Notes: a model not told the origin generated them from the letters alone. Counted from the stretch's first letter, positions 27,346 through 41,100 are shown. The stretch is DNA of 64,000 nt from Eledone cirrhosa (GCA_964016885.1 OZ024752.1:45322001-45386000), one strand, 5' to 3'. Made by a program: numbers and translations.

Positions 27346-28486
27346 ACAGGCACACACAGAGGTGCACACACGTACACACACACACACACACACGTACATA
27401 CACACACAGATAGGCATACACATACACACATACATACACACACACACGTACATACACACACACACGTACATACACACACAGGTGCACACACGTACACACA
27501 CACACACACGTACATACACACACACACACCCAGAGACATACACACACACACATACACACACATGTAGACACACACACGTAGACACACACACGTACACACA
27601 CACACGTACACACACACACACGTACATACACACACACAGATGCATACACGTACACACACACACACACGTACATACACACACACACGTACATACACACACG
27701 TACACACACACACGTACACACACACGTACATACACACACACACCCAGAGACATACACACACACACGTACACACACAGCCAGAGACATACACACACACACG
27801 TACACACACACGTACACACACAGCCAGAGACATACACACACACACGTACACACACACGCGTACACACACACGTACACACACACCCAGAGACATACACACA
27901 CACACGTACACACACACGTACACACACAGCCAGAGACACACACACACACGTACACACACACACACGTACACACACACACGTACACACACACGTACACACA
28001 CAGCCAGAGACACACACACACACACATACACACACACGTACACACACACGTACACACACAGCCAGAGACACACACACACAACTAATGGCAGTAGTAAATA
28101 TATCGATTAGTAAAGTTTAGAAGCTGAGTAAATAGAATTTCAGACAACTGACAACTGATCTCACTACTTTGATTCATTCACTTGTTACTACCACTACTAC
28201 TACTACTGCTACTACTGCTACTGCTACTGCTACTACTGCTACTACTGCTGCTACTACTACTACTACTGCTACTACTGCTACTGCTACTACTACTACTACT
28301 GCTACTACTACTACTACTGCTACTGCTACTACTGCTACTACTGCTACTGCTACCACCACTACTGCTACTGCTACTACTGCTACTACTACTGCTGCTACCA
28401 CCACTACTGCTACTACTACTACTGCTACTGCTGCTACTACTGCTACTGCTACTACTACTGCTGCTGCTACTACTACTACTACTACT

Positions 28487-28519
<33 letters not shown>

Positions 28520-28570
28520 GCTACTACTGCTACTACTGCTACTACTGCTACTTCTAGTAGTAGTAGCAGC

Positions 28571-28602
<32 letters not shown>

Positions 28603-28870
28603 GTGGTGGTGGTATTAATAGTAGTGGTGGTGGTTGTGCTGGTAGTAGTGGTAGTGGTGGTGGTGGTTGTGATGGTAGTAGTAGTGGTAGTAGTGGTAGT
28701 GGTGGTGGTGGTTGTGCTGGTAGTAGTAGTAGTAGTGGTGGTAGTAGTAGTAGTGGCGGTGGTGGTTGTGCTGGTAGTGGTGGTAGTAGTAGTAGTGGCG
28801 GTGGTGGTTGTGCTGGTAGTAGTGGTAGTAGTAGTAGTGGTGGTGGTGGTAGTAGTAGTGGTAGTGTCTC
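26255..28870. repeat. Compound CA/TA microsatellites followed by opposed (CTA/CTG)n and (TAG/TGG)n triplet tracts
   Basis: Direct reading; the strand switch is near 28553. Confidence 0.9.
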
Positions 28871-29039
28871 TATTATAGACACTTTCCCCCACAACCAACA
28901 CCTCCATAAATATGCATGGTATAAAGGAATCACAGGTTAATAATTGATGTTTGATTGTGTCTCATTTCTTCAAAGATCAACCTGTCATTCCATTATACCA
29001 TGTCTACTTATGGTTGTCTTTGTGATGGATAGAAGGGAG

Positions 29040-29765
29040 TCTATAATAAGGCCTCTCCTTTCACATTTAGATCAGGGTTGCCATTCTTCCAACCATTCCT
29101 TTCCATGTCAGGGGGTCAGTACCAACATGAATATTAACCCTTTAGCATTTAAACCGGACATATCCGGCCAGAATTCTCTTACCTCTTTCTGTTTAAACCA
29201 GCTGTAACTGACCGCGCATACTGATGTTAAGGTATTGTTCTCCACATAAATAACATCAAAATTTCATAGATTCGATATTATGAGATAATTATGTAAGATA
29301 AAGCCTTTACCACAAAATACAATAGTATATATAGAGTAATGTAAAGGGTTAAGTCTCCCATCAGGATATATGACTCAGTCTTAATTACATCTAACACTGC
29401 AGTGACTTCATCAAGGAAGGATCTGTATTCGCGCTCCTTGTTTGGTGCATAAACTTGCACCACCCACAGAGACCTTTCTTTCAGCCAAAGCTTCAAGAAC
29501 CAAATCCTTTCTCCCAATGGAATCAAGTCCATAACACATTCTGATAGCCAGTGGCTTGTTTGTATCCCCATTCTCACCTGTGTTGTCATTTCTGGCACCA
29601 CACCTGAACAGTGCAGTTTCTGTCCTCCATCCAAATCTACAATACCAAAGCTATGGAGCTCTACTGAGGAAAGCCTCGGCTATATCTAGCCTCCTTTACT
29701 AATTCTTTCTCTTTACCTGTAAAGGTTGACCATACTGCAGATTTTGGTGGTCTTATTCGCACCTG
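29040..29765 (-). mobile_element. RTE-like LINE AP-endonuclease fragment
   Basis: LHCSGV...LIPLGERIWFLKL...VVQVYAPNKEREYRSFLDEV...YILMGD|(MITE)|NIHVG. Confidence 0.8.
29138..29348 (+). mobile_element. piggyBac-like MITE (unexpanded, about 211 bp)
   Basis: TTAA(29134-37)-CCCTTTA...TAAAGGG-TTAA(29349-52), inserted in a LINE. Other copies at 22018, 38425, 50369-50572 and about 60554. Confidence 0.85.
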
Positions 29766-30424
29766 TCACCAATTTGATAATTTTCTCAGTCCTGTGAAGA
29801 CGAGGCTTTTTTCAGAAGTAGCTTTACTTGCTTCATAATAACTACATTACTGGATAGGGAGATTTTTATTGAGACCTAACATAGTAACTCATTGCTCCAT
29901 CTCCCTGAGTCCTTACTATTGGTTAGTCCAGGGTTGCTTACTTGTCCAGCAGGAGTCCACATGCTGGTGGCTGAATTGCTGTCAGATACCTGAGACTCGT
30001 TCTCTTGCAGAACAGGTCTATTGAGAAACAGGTCAACTTAACAATATATAATATAAAAACAACAGCCGAAGTATCAATGTAAAACTGCAACAGAAACTAT
30101 TCATTAATAATATGAGATAATCAATTGGTAATTGCTTGCTATATAATCACCAAATAACCTCATTAAATCCCTCAGGGCTAATGTAATTTTGTCTACATTT
30201 AATGTGGTTGAAAGCACATGTTTATTTCGCCTTCTCTTTCCTATATTTAGTTAACTCAGGTTCTAGAATAGCCAGGAAGATTAAAAGTGTCTTGTAAAAC
30301 TTTTTTTTATTTTTATATATAGTTATCAAAATTTAATTATTGAAATTTAATACCAAAATATAATTATCAAAATTTCACAAAATAAAATATTAAGACTAAA
30401 TGTTTCCCTTCTGTGTTAAAGCCA

Positions 30425-30960
30425 CTGAAGATGATCAGAGTAGAACCAGTGATGGATATTGTGAGGAGAATTGGAATGAGATGGTTGGGTCATGTGTTGA
30501 GGAAGGGTGAAAGTGACTGGGTGAGAGGAATGAAGCCAGTGATGGATGTTGTGAAGAGAAATGGGATGAGATGGTTAGGTCATGTGTTGAGGAAGGATGC
30601 AAGTGACTGGGTGAGAGGAATGAAGGTAGTGATGGATGTTGTGAAGAGAAATAGAATGAGATGTTTAGGTCATGTGTTGAGGAAGGATGAAAGTAACTGG
30701 GTGGAAGAAGTTTAGAAAATTGATACTTCTGCTGACAACAAACAGCTCCTCTCTCAGAGATAGACTGTATGATACCTGTGTTAATTGCAATGCTACATGG
30801 CAGTGAAATGCTACATGGCAGTGAAACATGGGCTTTGACTGCAGAAAATCTGCAGAAGCTAGAAAGAAATGAGTACAGTCTTCTCTGATGAATGTGTAAT
30901 ATTAGTGTGCATGAACAACGTAGCATATGGGAACTGAGAGAAATTGGATGTCATATGATA
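30425..30960 (+). mobile_element. RTE LINE fragments including a 90-bp triplication
   Basis: VMDIVRRIGMRWLGHVLRKGESDWVR x3 (gatggat at 30451, 30541, 30631), then LYDTCVLIAMLHGSETWALTAENLQKLERNE. Confidence 0.8.
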
Positions 30961-31992
30961 TCCACACCATTGCACCCTTATAGCTACTCTCTCTCTCTAC
31001 TCCTTGTTTATCCCCCCCACTACCAACTTTTATCCCCCATACCTCTCTCTCCACCATGAGTTCCCACCCTATTGGGCACATCTTCCTTCTCATTATACCT
31101 GTCTGGGAGTTCAGTAGCCCTTCTTCAGTTCTGACTTGGTCTATGTAGACCCGTCCAACCCTTGCTAGCAGGGAAAGTTGACATTAAATGATGATGATAT
31201 ATATACGTTAAGGGTGAAAGCAGCGATTCTTTGCTTAAACTTTAATCTGTTATTTTAATAAATATTTGCTCTACGTTCTTATATATTTGATATATATTTA
31301 TCCTTATCGAGCCCTCTTTGGATTTTAGTCTTCAAATTTATTATTATTACTATATATATATATTTGTTTTGCAAGGTTTTTGATATAAAATCGTGTGTTG
31401 AAACAAATTGTTATATTTGGGGAGGGTCATATTGTTATTATTTCTGGCAATATTATAACAATATGACCCTCCCCAAATATTAAAATATATATATATATAT
31501 GAGGAAAGACTAGGTAAATGTTATCTGACTGTTCCTTACAGGGGGAAGTCTGTAACATTTATCTGTTATTTCCTCAAAGTTACATTTTAAACTTACCTCC
31601 GTTTAAATGATTATTTATCTAATTAATTTCTGCAGACTAAGAAGAAAAATTGGATATATTTTGTCTGACTATTCTTCAAACTTATAATTTTATATATATA
31701 TAAATTTATATATTTATATAATAGAACTGGGGCCCTATCATTAAAAGACCCAAGAAACCTTCTAGGAAATACATCCTCGCAGGCCAAATTAACCTACGTT
31801 GGTGTCAGCTGTTAATTTCATTTTTTATTTTGTTTTATTTTCTCATTATTTTGAAAACAAAGCTAAATTTTTTAACCATTAACACAGCCACCGATAATTA
31901 TGAGTTTCACTTTTAATTATTGCAAATGTGGAAAAATCAAAAATAAAAACTAAAATAAAACACAGAAAGAGACGAATTAAAATCAAAATCAA

Positions 31993-32030
<38 letters not shown>

Positions 32031-32436
32031 CATTTTCCAGATAGTGATGCTTAAAGTGAAAAGCCACTTAAACAAGTTGATATCTGAAGATAACTGATAG
32101 TTATTGAAAAACTAATTGAGTGTGTGTGTGTGTGTATGTCTGTATGTCTGTGTGTGTGTGTGTGTGTGTGTGTATGTCTGTATGTGTGTGTGTGTGTGTG
32201 CATAGCTCCACATGTTTGTATATGTGTTTGTGTTTATATACTAGCGTGGAAGATGGACGTTAAACGATGATGATGATGATGATGAATATATATATATATA
32301 TATATAATTGTTTTCTTTGTGCTACACTTGCTTATAATACATGTGTGTGTGTGTGTGTATGTGTGTGTGTGTGTGCCTCTGGGTATATGTTTGTGTATAT
32401 GTCTCTCTGATTGTGAGTGTATGTCTTTGTATGTTA

Positions 32437-32594
32437 GTGTGTATGTGTATAATAATAATGAAATTATTGACATTTCTACATTATTTTATGTATATAATAA
32501 AATATACTATATTTTCTTTGATTTTTTTTTTTTTCTGAAATCTATTTTTAATCAAATATTTAATGTTTCTATTTTTCTCTCTTTTCAGGTAAGT
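32437..32594 (+). promoter_or_regulatory. Candidate recursive splice site (ratchet point)
   Basis: About 150 nt without AG, then ...gtttctatttttctctcttttCAG|GTAAGT at 32586-32594, on the Shal sense strand and in non-repetitive sequence. Confidence 0.65.
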
Positions 32595-32963
32595 AACTCC
32601 AGCAATTTCTACTGAATTATGTATCGACCAGTGGCTTTGATTGGATCTTACAAATGCCTCTGTGTATATCTGAGAAATACCAAGGATATACATTTGTGTT
32701 GTATCAGTATAAAAGGTAGGAGTGTTGAGTAAATTTGAACTTTGAAAGTCTGCTAACTTATTGTAAGCTAATACGATGCAGGCCTCACTATTTGTCACAC
32801 AAGTTTTATATGTAAAACTCTAGAAAAAGCAAAAAAGCATGAACAGAGTCATCTGTGGGAATCAAAGTACCATCTGTTGTGTATATTAGTAACACTGCCA
32901 TCTGCTAACATACTTTCAATATATATATATATAATATATGCATGTGGTAGCATTATGTATTAA

Positions 32964-33152
32964 GGCGGTGGATTGGCAGTATCGGTAGAGGGTCGGACGC
33001 CATGCTTTGACGCATAGAGTTACGGCCCTTGCCATTCTGAGTTCAAATCCCGCCGAGGTTAACTTTGCCTTTCATCCTTATGGGGTCGATAAAATAAAGT
33101 ACCAGTAATACCCTGGGTAATTTCTGGCCTTGTGCCTAACGTAGAAACAATT
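32964..33152 (+). mobile_element. tRNA-derived SINE with a Meta-domain-like core
   Basis: B box gagttcaaatccc, then gcctttcatccttatggggtcgataaaataaagtaccag. Copies at 34990-35180 (-), 42490-42672, 48074-48263, 55003-55113 (-) and 56445-56620, with diverged ones near 51370 and 51710. Confidence 0.8.
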
Positions 33153-33176
33153 ATGTATTAAAGGAGTATATATATA

Positions 33177-33393
33177 CAGGGTGACCACAAAAACACTCCT
33201 TAATTTCAAATACTTAAAATATGAAAACTTAAATGAATATTTTTACAATATTGGTAGCTACAGTTGCATAAACTAACAAAGTTTCATGTGGTATTGTTAG
33301 TTTATGCAACTGTAGCCACCAATAGTGTAAGAATATTCATTTAAGTATTGATATAAGTATTTATAATCAAGAAGTATTTTTGTAATCACCCCG
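33177..33393. mobile_element. Tc1/mariner-type MITE (long TIR fold-back)
   Basis: TA-CAGGGTG...CACCCCG-TA with long imperfect inverted arms (tattggtagctacagttgcataaactaacaa / ttgttagtttatgcaactgtagccaccaata). Confidence 0.8.
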
Positions 33394-33468
33394 TATATAT
33401 ATATATATATATATATTTAATATAGAAAGGCTTCGACAATATATATATATATATATTTAATATAGAAA

Positions 33469-33519
33469 GGCTTCTACAGGACTAGAACTGTTTCATTCAG
33501 AAGAAATCATCAGGAAGCC
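33469..33519 (-). ncRNA. Type I hammerhead ribozyme motif (family A, best copy)
   Basis: ggcttc-CTGATGA-t-ttc-ttct-gaa-t-GAA-acag-ttctagtc-ctgt-A-gaagcc. Stem I is 6 bp, stem III is 4 bp with a GUA site, and stem II is 3 bp closed by U.U. Confidence 0.72.
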
Positions 33520-35402
33520 CTACTTCTAGTCCTGTAGAAGCCTTTCTATATTAAATATTTATACTCTGCTTTGTATTGAGTACCTTACTTACTGTGGTTA
33601 CCCCCAATTGAACCCAGGATAAACTTATATAGATATATATGTCATAGAACTTTGTATAAAAGTACCATGTGGTAAACTGAGGTATACTTGGTAATGTAAG
33701 AATTCAGCTATGTATGAATTGCATTACAAAGTTTTAATTTTTAAAACTATATAAGGACATATGTGACTATAGCATCAAAGTCATCATCATCATCGTTTAA
33801 CGTCCATCTTCCAGGCTTGCATGGGTTTGGACGGCAATTTTCCCACTTGAGGCAAGAGTGGTTGTCTTGCTCGCATAGGACTGTCTGGCGGGTTTTCTAC
33901 GGCTGGATGCCCTTCCTAACACCAACCACGTTTACAGTGTGGACTGGGAGGTTTTTACCGTGTTACCTACACTGCCACATTACAGCGTGGACTGTGTGTT
34001 TTTTGTCGTGATACCTATACGACCTCATTTATTTAGGACTGGATGTTGTGGTACCAACATAACTTTACATTGAAAGGGGTGGGGGGTAGTGGGACGGGGG
34101 TGTATTTTTGTTAGAGATGCCTACTGACTGTAGGTTTCACTTTGTACTTAGGCAAGGCGGGTCTTCTGTGTTACTGTGTAGCGCCAAAGATCTCGGTCCA
34201 GTGACATTGTCTTGGAGAGGTGTGTGTATATATATTGATTGTTATCTCTCTCTCTCTCTCTCTCCCTCTATATACACACACACATACAGAGATGGAGAGT
34301 TATTTTACTAAATACCTTCAAATCTTATTTACTTTAAAAATTAATTAGAAACATGGTAATGAAAAGGTTAAGGTGTTTATATTTATTTCAAATCCTTCAA
34401 TCATAACTTTTTGACAATTCGTAATTCATAAAATAATTAGAAATATGGTAACGAAAGGGTTAAAGTATTTAAGAACCTTCCATCATAATTTCATATAAAA
34501 TCCTTTGTTAAATTATGTTCCAAACACCAACGTAATAATGTAACAACTAGATGTGCTACTAAACCCCTCTAAATTCTCAATTATTAGAAAATTATACATT
34601 GTTTTTCATTAGGAATATTGTAAGAACAGGGTTGAACTAGAGAGAGGAGTCAAGTGATGTTGAACAGGCTGGAAGTTAGCCAGTAAAGTGATTTACAAAT
34701 CTAAGATATAAAGCTGAGGGTTTTTTCCCACCATCTCACCCTTATACCTCTCCATTTCTGTCTTTCATAAGCTTTATTAGCCAGAACCAGCCATAAATTT
34801 CATCTCTACAAAGCCACTTGGAAATATATTCAAGTGGAACTCTATTTCCCCTCTTCTATCCATCATGTTTTTGTCAGAGCTGTGTAACAACAGAACACTT
34901 TACAAGTGTTTATGGGCTTCAAGCTATCATCTCTTTCTCAACACAACTGATACAATGACAGATACATTCCATACCTTTGCCAGTAACAATAATTGTTTCT
35001 ACGTTAGGCACAAGGCCAGCAATTACCCAGTGCATTACCGGTACTTTATTTTATCGACCCCCGTAAGGATGAAAGGCAAAGTTAACCTCGGTGGGATTTG
35101 AACTCAGAATGGCAAGGGCCGTAACTCTATGCGTCAAAGCATGGTGTCCGACCCTCTACCGATACTGCCAATCCACCACCATTAACAATAATACTTTCAG
35201 CCGAGGTTCTCAGACTTTTGGGGCCACTGCCGCCCCCTCATCTCACAGCCATGTAAAACCCTCAGCACCCCCCACACATATTTCCAGAGAGGCCTACCTA
35301 CACGAAAATTGTAAACAACATATAATAAATATAATCGTTAATTTATATATAATGATTCTGGCCTGATTTCTACAGCTGGATGCCCTTCCTCACACCAACC
35401 TC

Positions 35403-36776
35403 ATTTACAGTGTGGGCTGGGTGCCTTTTTGCCGTGGCACCTCCACGACCACTTTACAGTGTGGGCTGGGTGCCTTTTTGCCGTGGCACCTCCACGACCA
35501 CTTTACAGTGTGGGCTGGGTGCCTTTTTGCCGTGGCACCTCCACGACCACTTTACAGTGTGGGCTGGGTGCCTTTTTGCCGTGGCACCTCCACGACCACT
35601 TTACAGTGTGGGCTGGGAGCTTTTTTGCCATGGCACCCCCGCGACCACTTTACAGTGTGGGCTGGGTGCTTTTTTGCCATGGCACCCCCGCGACCACTTT
35701 ACAGTGTGGGCTGGGTGCCTTTTTGCCATGGCACCTCCACGACCACTTTACAGTGTGGGCTGGGTGTTTTTTTGCCGTGGCACCTCCACGACCACTTTAC
35801 AGTGTGGGCTGGGTGTTTTTTTGCCGTGGCACCTCCACGACCACTTTACAGTGTGGGCTGGGTGTTTTTTTGCCATGGCACCTCCACGACCACTTTACAG
35901 TGTGGGCTGGGTGCCTTTTTGCCGTGGCACCTCCACGACCACTTTACAGTGTGGGCTGGGTGCCTTTTTGCCGTGGCACCTCCACGACCACTTTACAGTG
36001 TGGGCTGGGTGCCTTTTTGCCATGGCACCTCCACGACCACTTTACAGTGTGGGCTGGGTGTTTTTTTGCCGTGGCACCTCCACGACCACTTTACAGTGTG
36101 GGCTGGGTGCCTTTTTGCCATGGCACCTCCACGACCACTTTACAGTGTGGGCTGGGTGCCTTTTTGCCGTGGCACCTCCACGACCACTTTACAGTGTGGG
36201 CTGGGTGCCTTTTTGCCGTGGCACCTCCACGACCACTTTACAGTGTGGGCTGGGTGCCTTTTTGCCATGGCACCTCTACGACCACTTTACAGTATGGGCT
36301 GGGTGCCTTTTTGCCATGGCACCTCCACGACCACTTTACAGTGTGGGCTGGGTGTTTTTTTGCCGTGGCACCTCCACGACCACTTTACAGTGTGGGCTGG
36401 GTGCCTTTTTGCCATGGCACCCCCACGACCACTTTACAGTGTGGGCTGGGTGCCTTTTTGCCATGGCACCTCTACGACCACTTTACAGTATGGGCTGGGT
36501 GCCTTTTTGCCATGGCACCCCCACGACCACTTTACAGTGTGGGCTGGGTGCCTTTTTGCCATGGCACCTCCACGACCACTTTACAGTGTGGGCTGGGTGT
36601 TTTTTTGCCGTGGCACCTCCACGACCACTTTACAGTGTGGGCTGGGTGCCTTTTTGCCATGGCACCCCCACGACCACTTTACAGTGTGGGCTGGGTGCCT
36701 TTTTGCCATGGCACCTCCACGACCACTTTACAGTGTGGGCTGGGTGCTTTTTTGCTGTGGCACCTCAACAACCACT
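35403..36776. repeat. 49-bp minisatellite, about 28 copies, expanded inside an RTE-tailed SINE
   Basis: Unit ccactttacagtgtgggctgggtgcctttttgccgtggcacctccacga. Directly continues SINE sequence 35355-35402; a single unit is present in the copies at 2150-2205 and 19320-19378. Confidence 0.95.
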
Positions 36777-38424
36777 TGTAGTAGTGGCTGTCTTGAAAGG
36801 ATTAACTAGTCTTTCTAATTAAAGGTATTGTCTGTGATTGTCAAATTGTTTTGAAATTAAGAATTCAGAGGGATTTAGTGATATAAACTTTTTCATTATT
36901 TACTTGGTGTTTGGAACGTAACTTAACAAAGGTTCTTATATAAAATTATGATTGAAGGATTTTACAGAATGTGAAACATATTCACAAAATCAACTAGTTT
37001 CATTTTTTATAGTCATCATCACCACCAGCACTGCCATCACCACTACCACCATCACCACCATCACCACTACCACCATCACCACTACCACCATCACCACTAC
37101 CACCATGACCACCATGACCACCATCACTGCCATCACCACTACCACCATCACCACTGCCATCACCATCACCACCACCATCACCATCACCATCACCACCACC
37201 ATCACTGCCATCACCACTACCACCACTACCACCATCACCACTACCACCATCACCACTACCACCATCACCACTACCACCATCACCACCATCACTGCCATCA
37301 CCACTACCACCATCACCACCACCATCACTGCCATCACCACTACTACCATTACCACCATCACCACTACCACCATCACCACTACCACCATCACCACTACCAC
37401 CATCACCACCATCACCACTACCACCACTACCACCACTACTACCATCACCACCACCACCACCACCACCACCATCACCACCATCACCACCATCACCATCATC
37501 ATCATCATCATCATAAAGTTTATGAACAAATATTGGCCAGCTTTCAAGTCAAAGAAACCTGATTTTTATCAATGTTGGGAAAGCCTGGGGGAGTAGTATT
37601 AGTAGTAGTTGTTGTGGTGGTGGTGGTAGTTGTAGTAGTAATGGTAGAGGTGGTAGTGGTAGTAGTTGAGGTTGTATATATGTGTGTATGTATTTTGATA
37701 TAATGTATATATATATATATATATAGTTATCGATTGATGTGTGTGTCTGTGTATATATATGTATATATATATGTGTGTATATAGTTATATATATGTATAT
37801 ATATATGTGTGTATATAGTTATATATATGTATATATATATGTGTGTATATAGTTATATATATGTATATATATATGTGTGTATATAGTTATATATATGTAT
37901 ATATATATGTGTGTATATAGTTATATATATGTATATATATATGTGTGTATATAGTTATATATATGTATATATATATGTGTGTATATAGTTATATATATGT
38001 ATATATATATATGTGTGTATATAGTTATATATATGTATATATATATGTGTGTATATAGTTATATATATGTATATATATATGTGTGTATATAGTTATATAT
38101 ATATATATGTGTGTGTAAACAATGATATAGTTATATATATGTTTATATATATATATTTATCTATCTATATATATATATATATATACATATATATATGTGT
38201 ATATATATATCTATATATATTATATATATATATATGTGTGTATGTGTTTATAATGACATATTTACAATGTTTAAGGTGAAGGATTTAATGGCAGATGAGA
38301 ATTTAATGAAGTGTTATTGATTGAAACGAAAGGGTTGTATAGTGTTTCATATCTTCCAATCAACACAGCTGGAAAAAAACAAAATATGTTCTCCCTTTAT
38401 TTCAAAGGGTCACTTGAGAATTAA

Positions 38425-38900
38425 CCCTTTACCATTTACATTACTCTATATATACTATTGTATTTTCACAGTAAAGGTTTTACCTCACATAATATCTCAC
38501 ATAACATTTACATTACTCTATATATACTATTGTATTTTCACAGTAAAGGTTTTACCTCACATAATATCTCACATAACATTTACATTGCTCTATATATACT
38601 ATTGTATTTTCACAGTAAAGGCTTTACCTCACATAATATCTCACATAACATTTACATTACTCTATATATACTATTGTATTTTCACAGTAAAGGCTTTACA
38701 TCACATAATATCTCACATAACATTTACATTACTCTATATATATATGTGTATTTTCATGGTAAAGGCTTTACCTCACATAATTATCTCATAATATCAAATC
38801 TATTAGATTTTGATATTAATTATTTTGAAAACCATACCTTAACATAGATATAAGTGGTCAGTTATGGCTGGTTTGAACAGAAAGGGGTGAGAGAATTTCA
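38425..38900 (-). mobile_element. piggyBac-like MITE with about 4.5 72-bp units
   Basis: TTAA-CCCTTTA at 38421; same unit and body as 17343-18928. Confidence 0.8.
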
Positions 38901-39067
38901 GAGGCCAGGTTGCATAAGAACCTGGTGACATCTTCAGGTGTATATTGCATAATAGTTATATACCAAGGGAATGATGGTAAACACATTCCAAGAGCCTTTA
39001 AGGAAAAAAGCAAAGAAAAAAAGTGTTTGTGTTTTTGACTCAGAGATGATTGTGGTACATACACACA

Positions 39068-39306
39068 TGATGGCTGCCCCCTCATTATTGAGTATGGCCA
39101 TTGCACGATATACCATTATTAATAATTATCAATTAATTCTATCGTGCAATGCCTGTGCATAAAGATATTTTTTAAAGTGAGGAAAGACTGTGCACTGAGC
39201 CAATCCCACTCTCTGAGCGACAGTAGCTGTAACCTGAAAAGAAGAAAAGATCAACATCATCAGTTACTACTGAGCCGCAGGTTTTATATCGGAGTTATCC
39301 CAGTTT
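39068..39306. mobile_element. Unclassified dispersed repeat
   Basis: Near-identical to 43577-43806 and related to about 41590-41785. Confidence 0.7.
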
Positions 39307-39381
39307 CCATACATACATACATACATACATACATACACACATACATACATACATACATATGTACATACATACATACATACA

Positions 39382-39412
<31 letters not shown>

Positions 39413-39441
39413 GTACATACATACATACATACATACATACA

Positions 39442-39472
<31 letters not shown>

Positions 39473-39654
39473 GTACATACATACATATGCTTTGTTTTAC
39501 TGAATATAAATATTATTATATCTTAATAAGATTGTGTAAATAATGGTCTGAAAATTTGGCTTTTAGCCCTTAATGTTTATTGAGCTTCTTATAAATAGAT
39601 TGATATAATTTATTTGTATTTTGTAATATATATATCTATATATATATTTCTTTG

Positions 39655-39696
<42 letters not shown>

Positions 39697-41053
39697 CTTT
39701 GTTATATATATATATATATATATAACAAAGAAAGTGTGGTAAGGAACCAAATGGACCATAACGCTCCAGAGTACTCAATACTTAGGGTAATAGGCTCAGC
39801 TATCAGGGTCCTGATTCTTTTCTTCTCTCTCTCTCTCTCTCTCTGTGTATTGTATGGTCCCGTAACTTCTGATAGAGTCGTAGGGGCGCCGTATTGACAT
39901 AAGGCATTTCTTGGGCATTTTTAGGCCTGGTGGAGCCCATCCTGAGTACAGCAGGTTTCTTCCAGAGAGAGAAAGATTCAATCCTACCCTAGCACAACTG
40001 CCCATTTTGGAATGTTTAAAAATGTTTTTAAATCCTTCTCATCTCAGATATATTATCTATATACTCTCTGTATCCTTCCAATCATGAAATATCCAGGATT
40101 TATTTATCCACTGGATTATACCATAGCTGAAAGGGTTTGCTATGTTTGTAGATTGTTGAAACATATTGAGCTTGAAAATTTCTTGTCATAACTTAAGAAG
40201 TTTTGATCTTTCAACCTATTATTCTTGAGAGAGGGAGATATCATCATCATCACCATCATCACTGTTTTACGTCCGTTTTTCCACGCTAGCATGGGTTAGA
40301 CGGGTTGTCCTGTTGTGGGCAGTGTCCGGTCGGCTGACCATGTCTTGCTCATACGGGAACTGGTTCTGGCTTGATTTCTACAGCTGGATGCCCTTCCTAA
40401 CACCAACCTCATTTACAGTGAGTGCTGGGTGCTTTTTTTTTTCCATGGTGCCTTCACGTCGTGGGCTGGGGGCTTTTTTGCCGTGGCACCTAGAGATGTG
40501 TGGGTGTATGTGGTGTGTATGTTTGTATGTTTATGTTTGTGTGTGTTTGTATTATGTTCTATTTCTTTCTTTCTGTTGCTAAATTGTAAATTCTTTCAAT
40601 GTGAAGAAAAACCATTTAGAATGGAAGAAGGGTGAGACATACTCTGAGGGGAGAGAGAGAGAGTCATACAGAGACAGACAGCAGATGGGAGGGGGGGGTA
40701 AGAGAGATAGACAGACAAGGAGGGGGGGAGAGAGAGAGAGAGAGAGAGACAGAGGAAGTAGAGAGAGGGTGTGTGTGTGTGGAGGGGTTAGGTGGAGATG
40801 AAGCCGAGTAAAGTTTGTAATTAGTAAAAAGGAGGAACAAACTAGAAACAGTTTTAAAGATGATAAAAATACAATTATAAAACGCCAGAGGTGAGGGGCA
40901 TGGGTGGAAGCATAGTGAAGATGATAGATGAGAGGAAAGTGAAACATGTTGGGTTGGGGGGGGGGGGCGAACGGAAGCGGGTGTTAAGAAATATAGAAAG
41001 AGAGGATGAAAGAATTCAAGTGTTCTTATATGCATGTATATATGTACATATAT

Positions 41054-41100
<47 letters not shown>

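Noticed and set aside
31395-31485. GAAAC-aaatt-GTT next to an inverted repeat (31410-31482)
   Set aside because: Probably another truncated PLE-like end, but no CUGANGA is present, so a ribozyme cannot be called.
35380-36822. 450-480 aa ORFs in three frames
   Set aside because: By-product of a stop-free 49-bp tandem repeat; the same peptide cycles through all frames.
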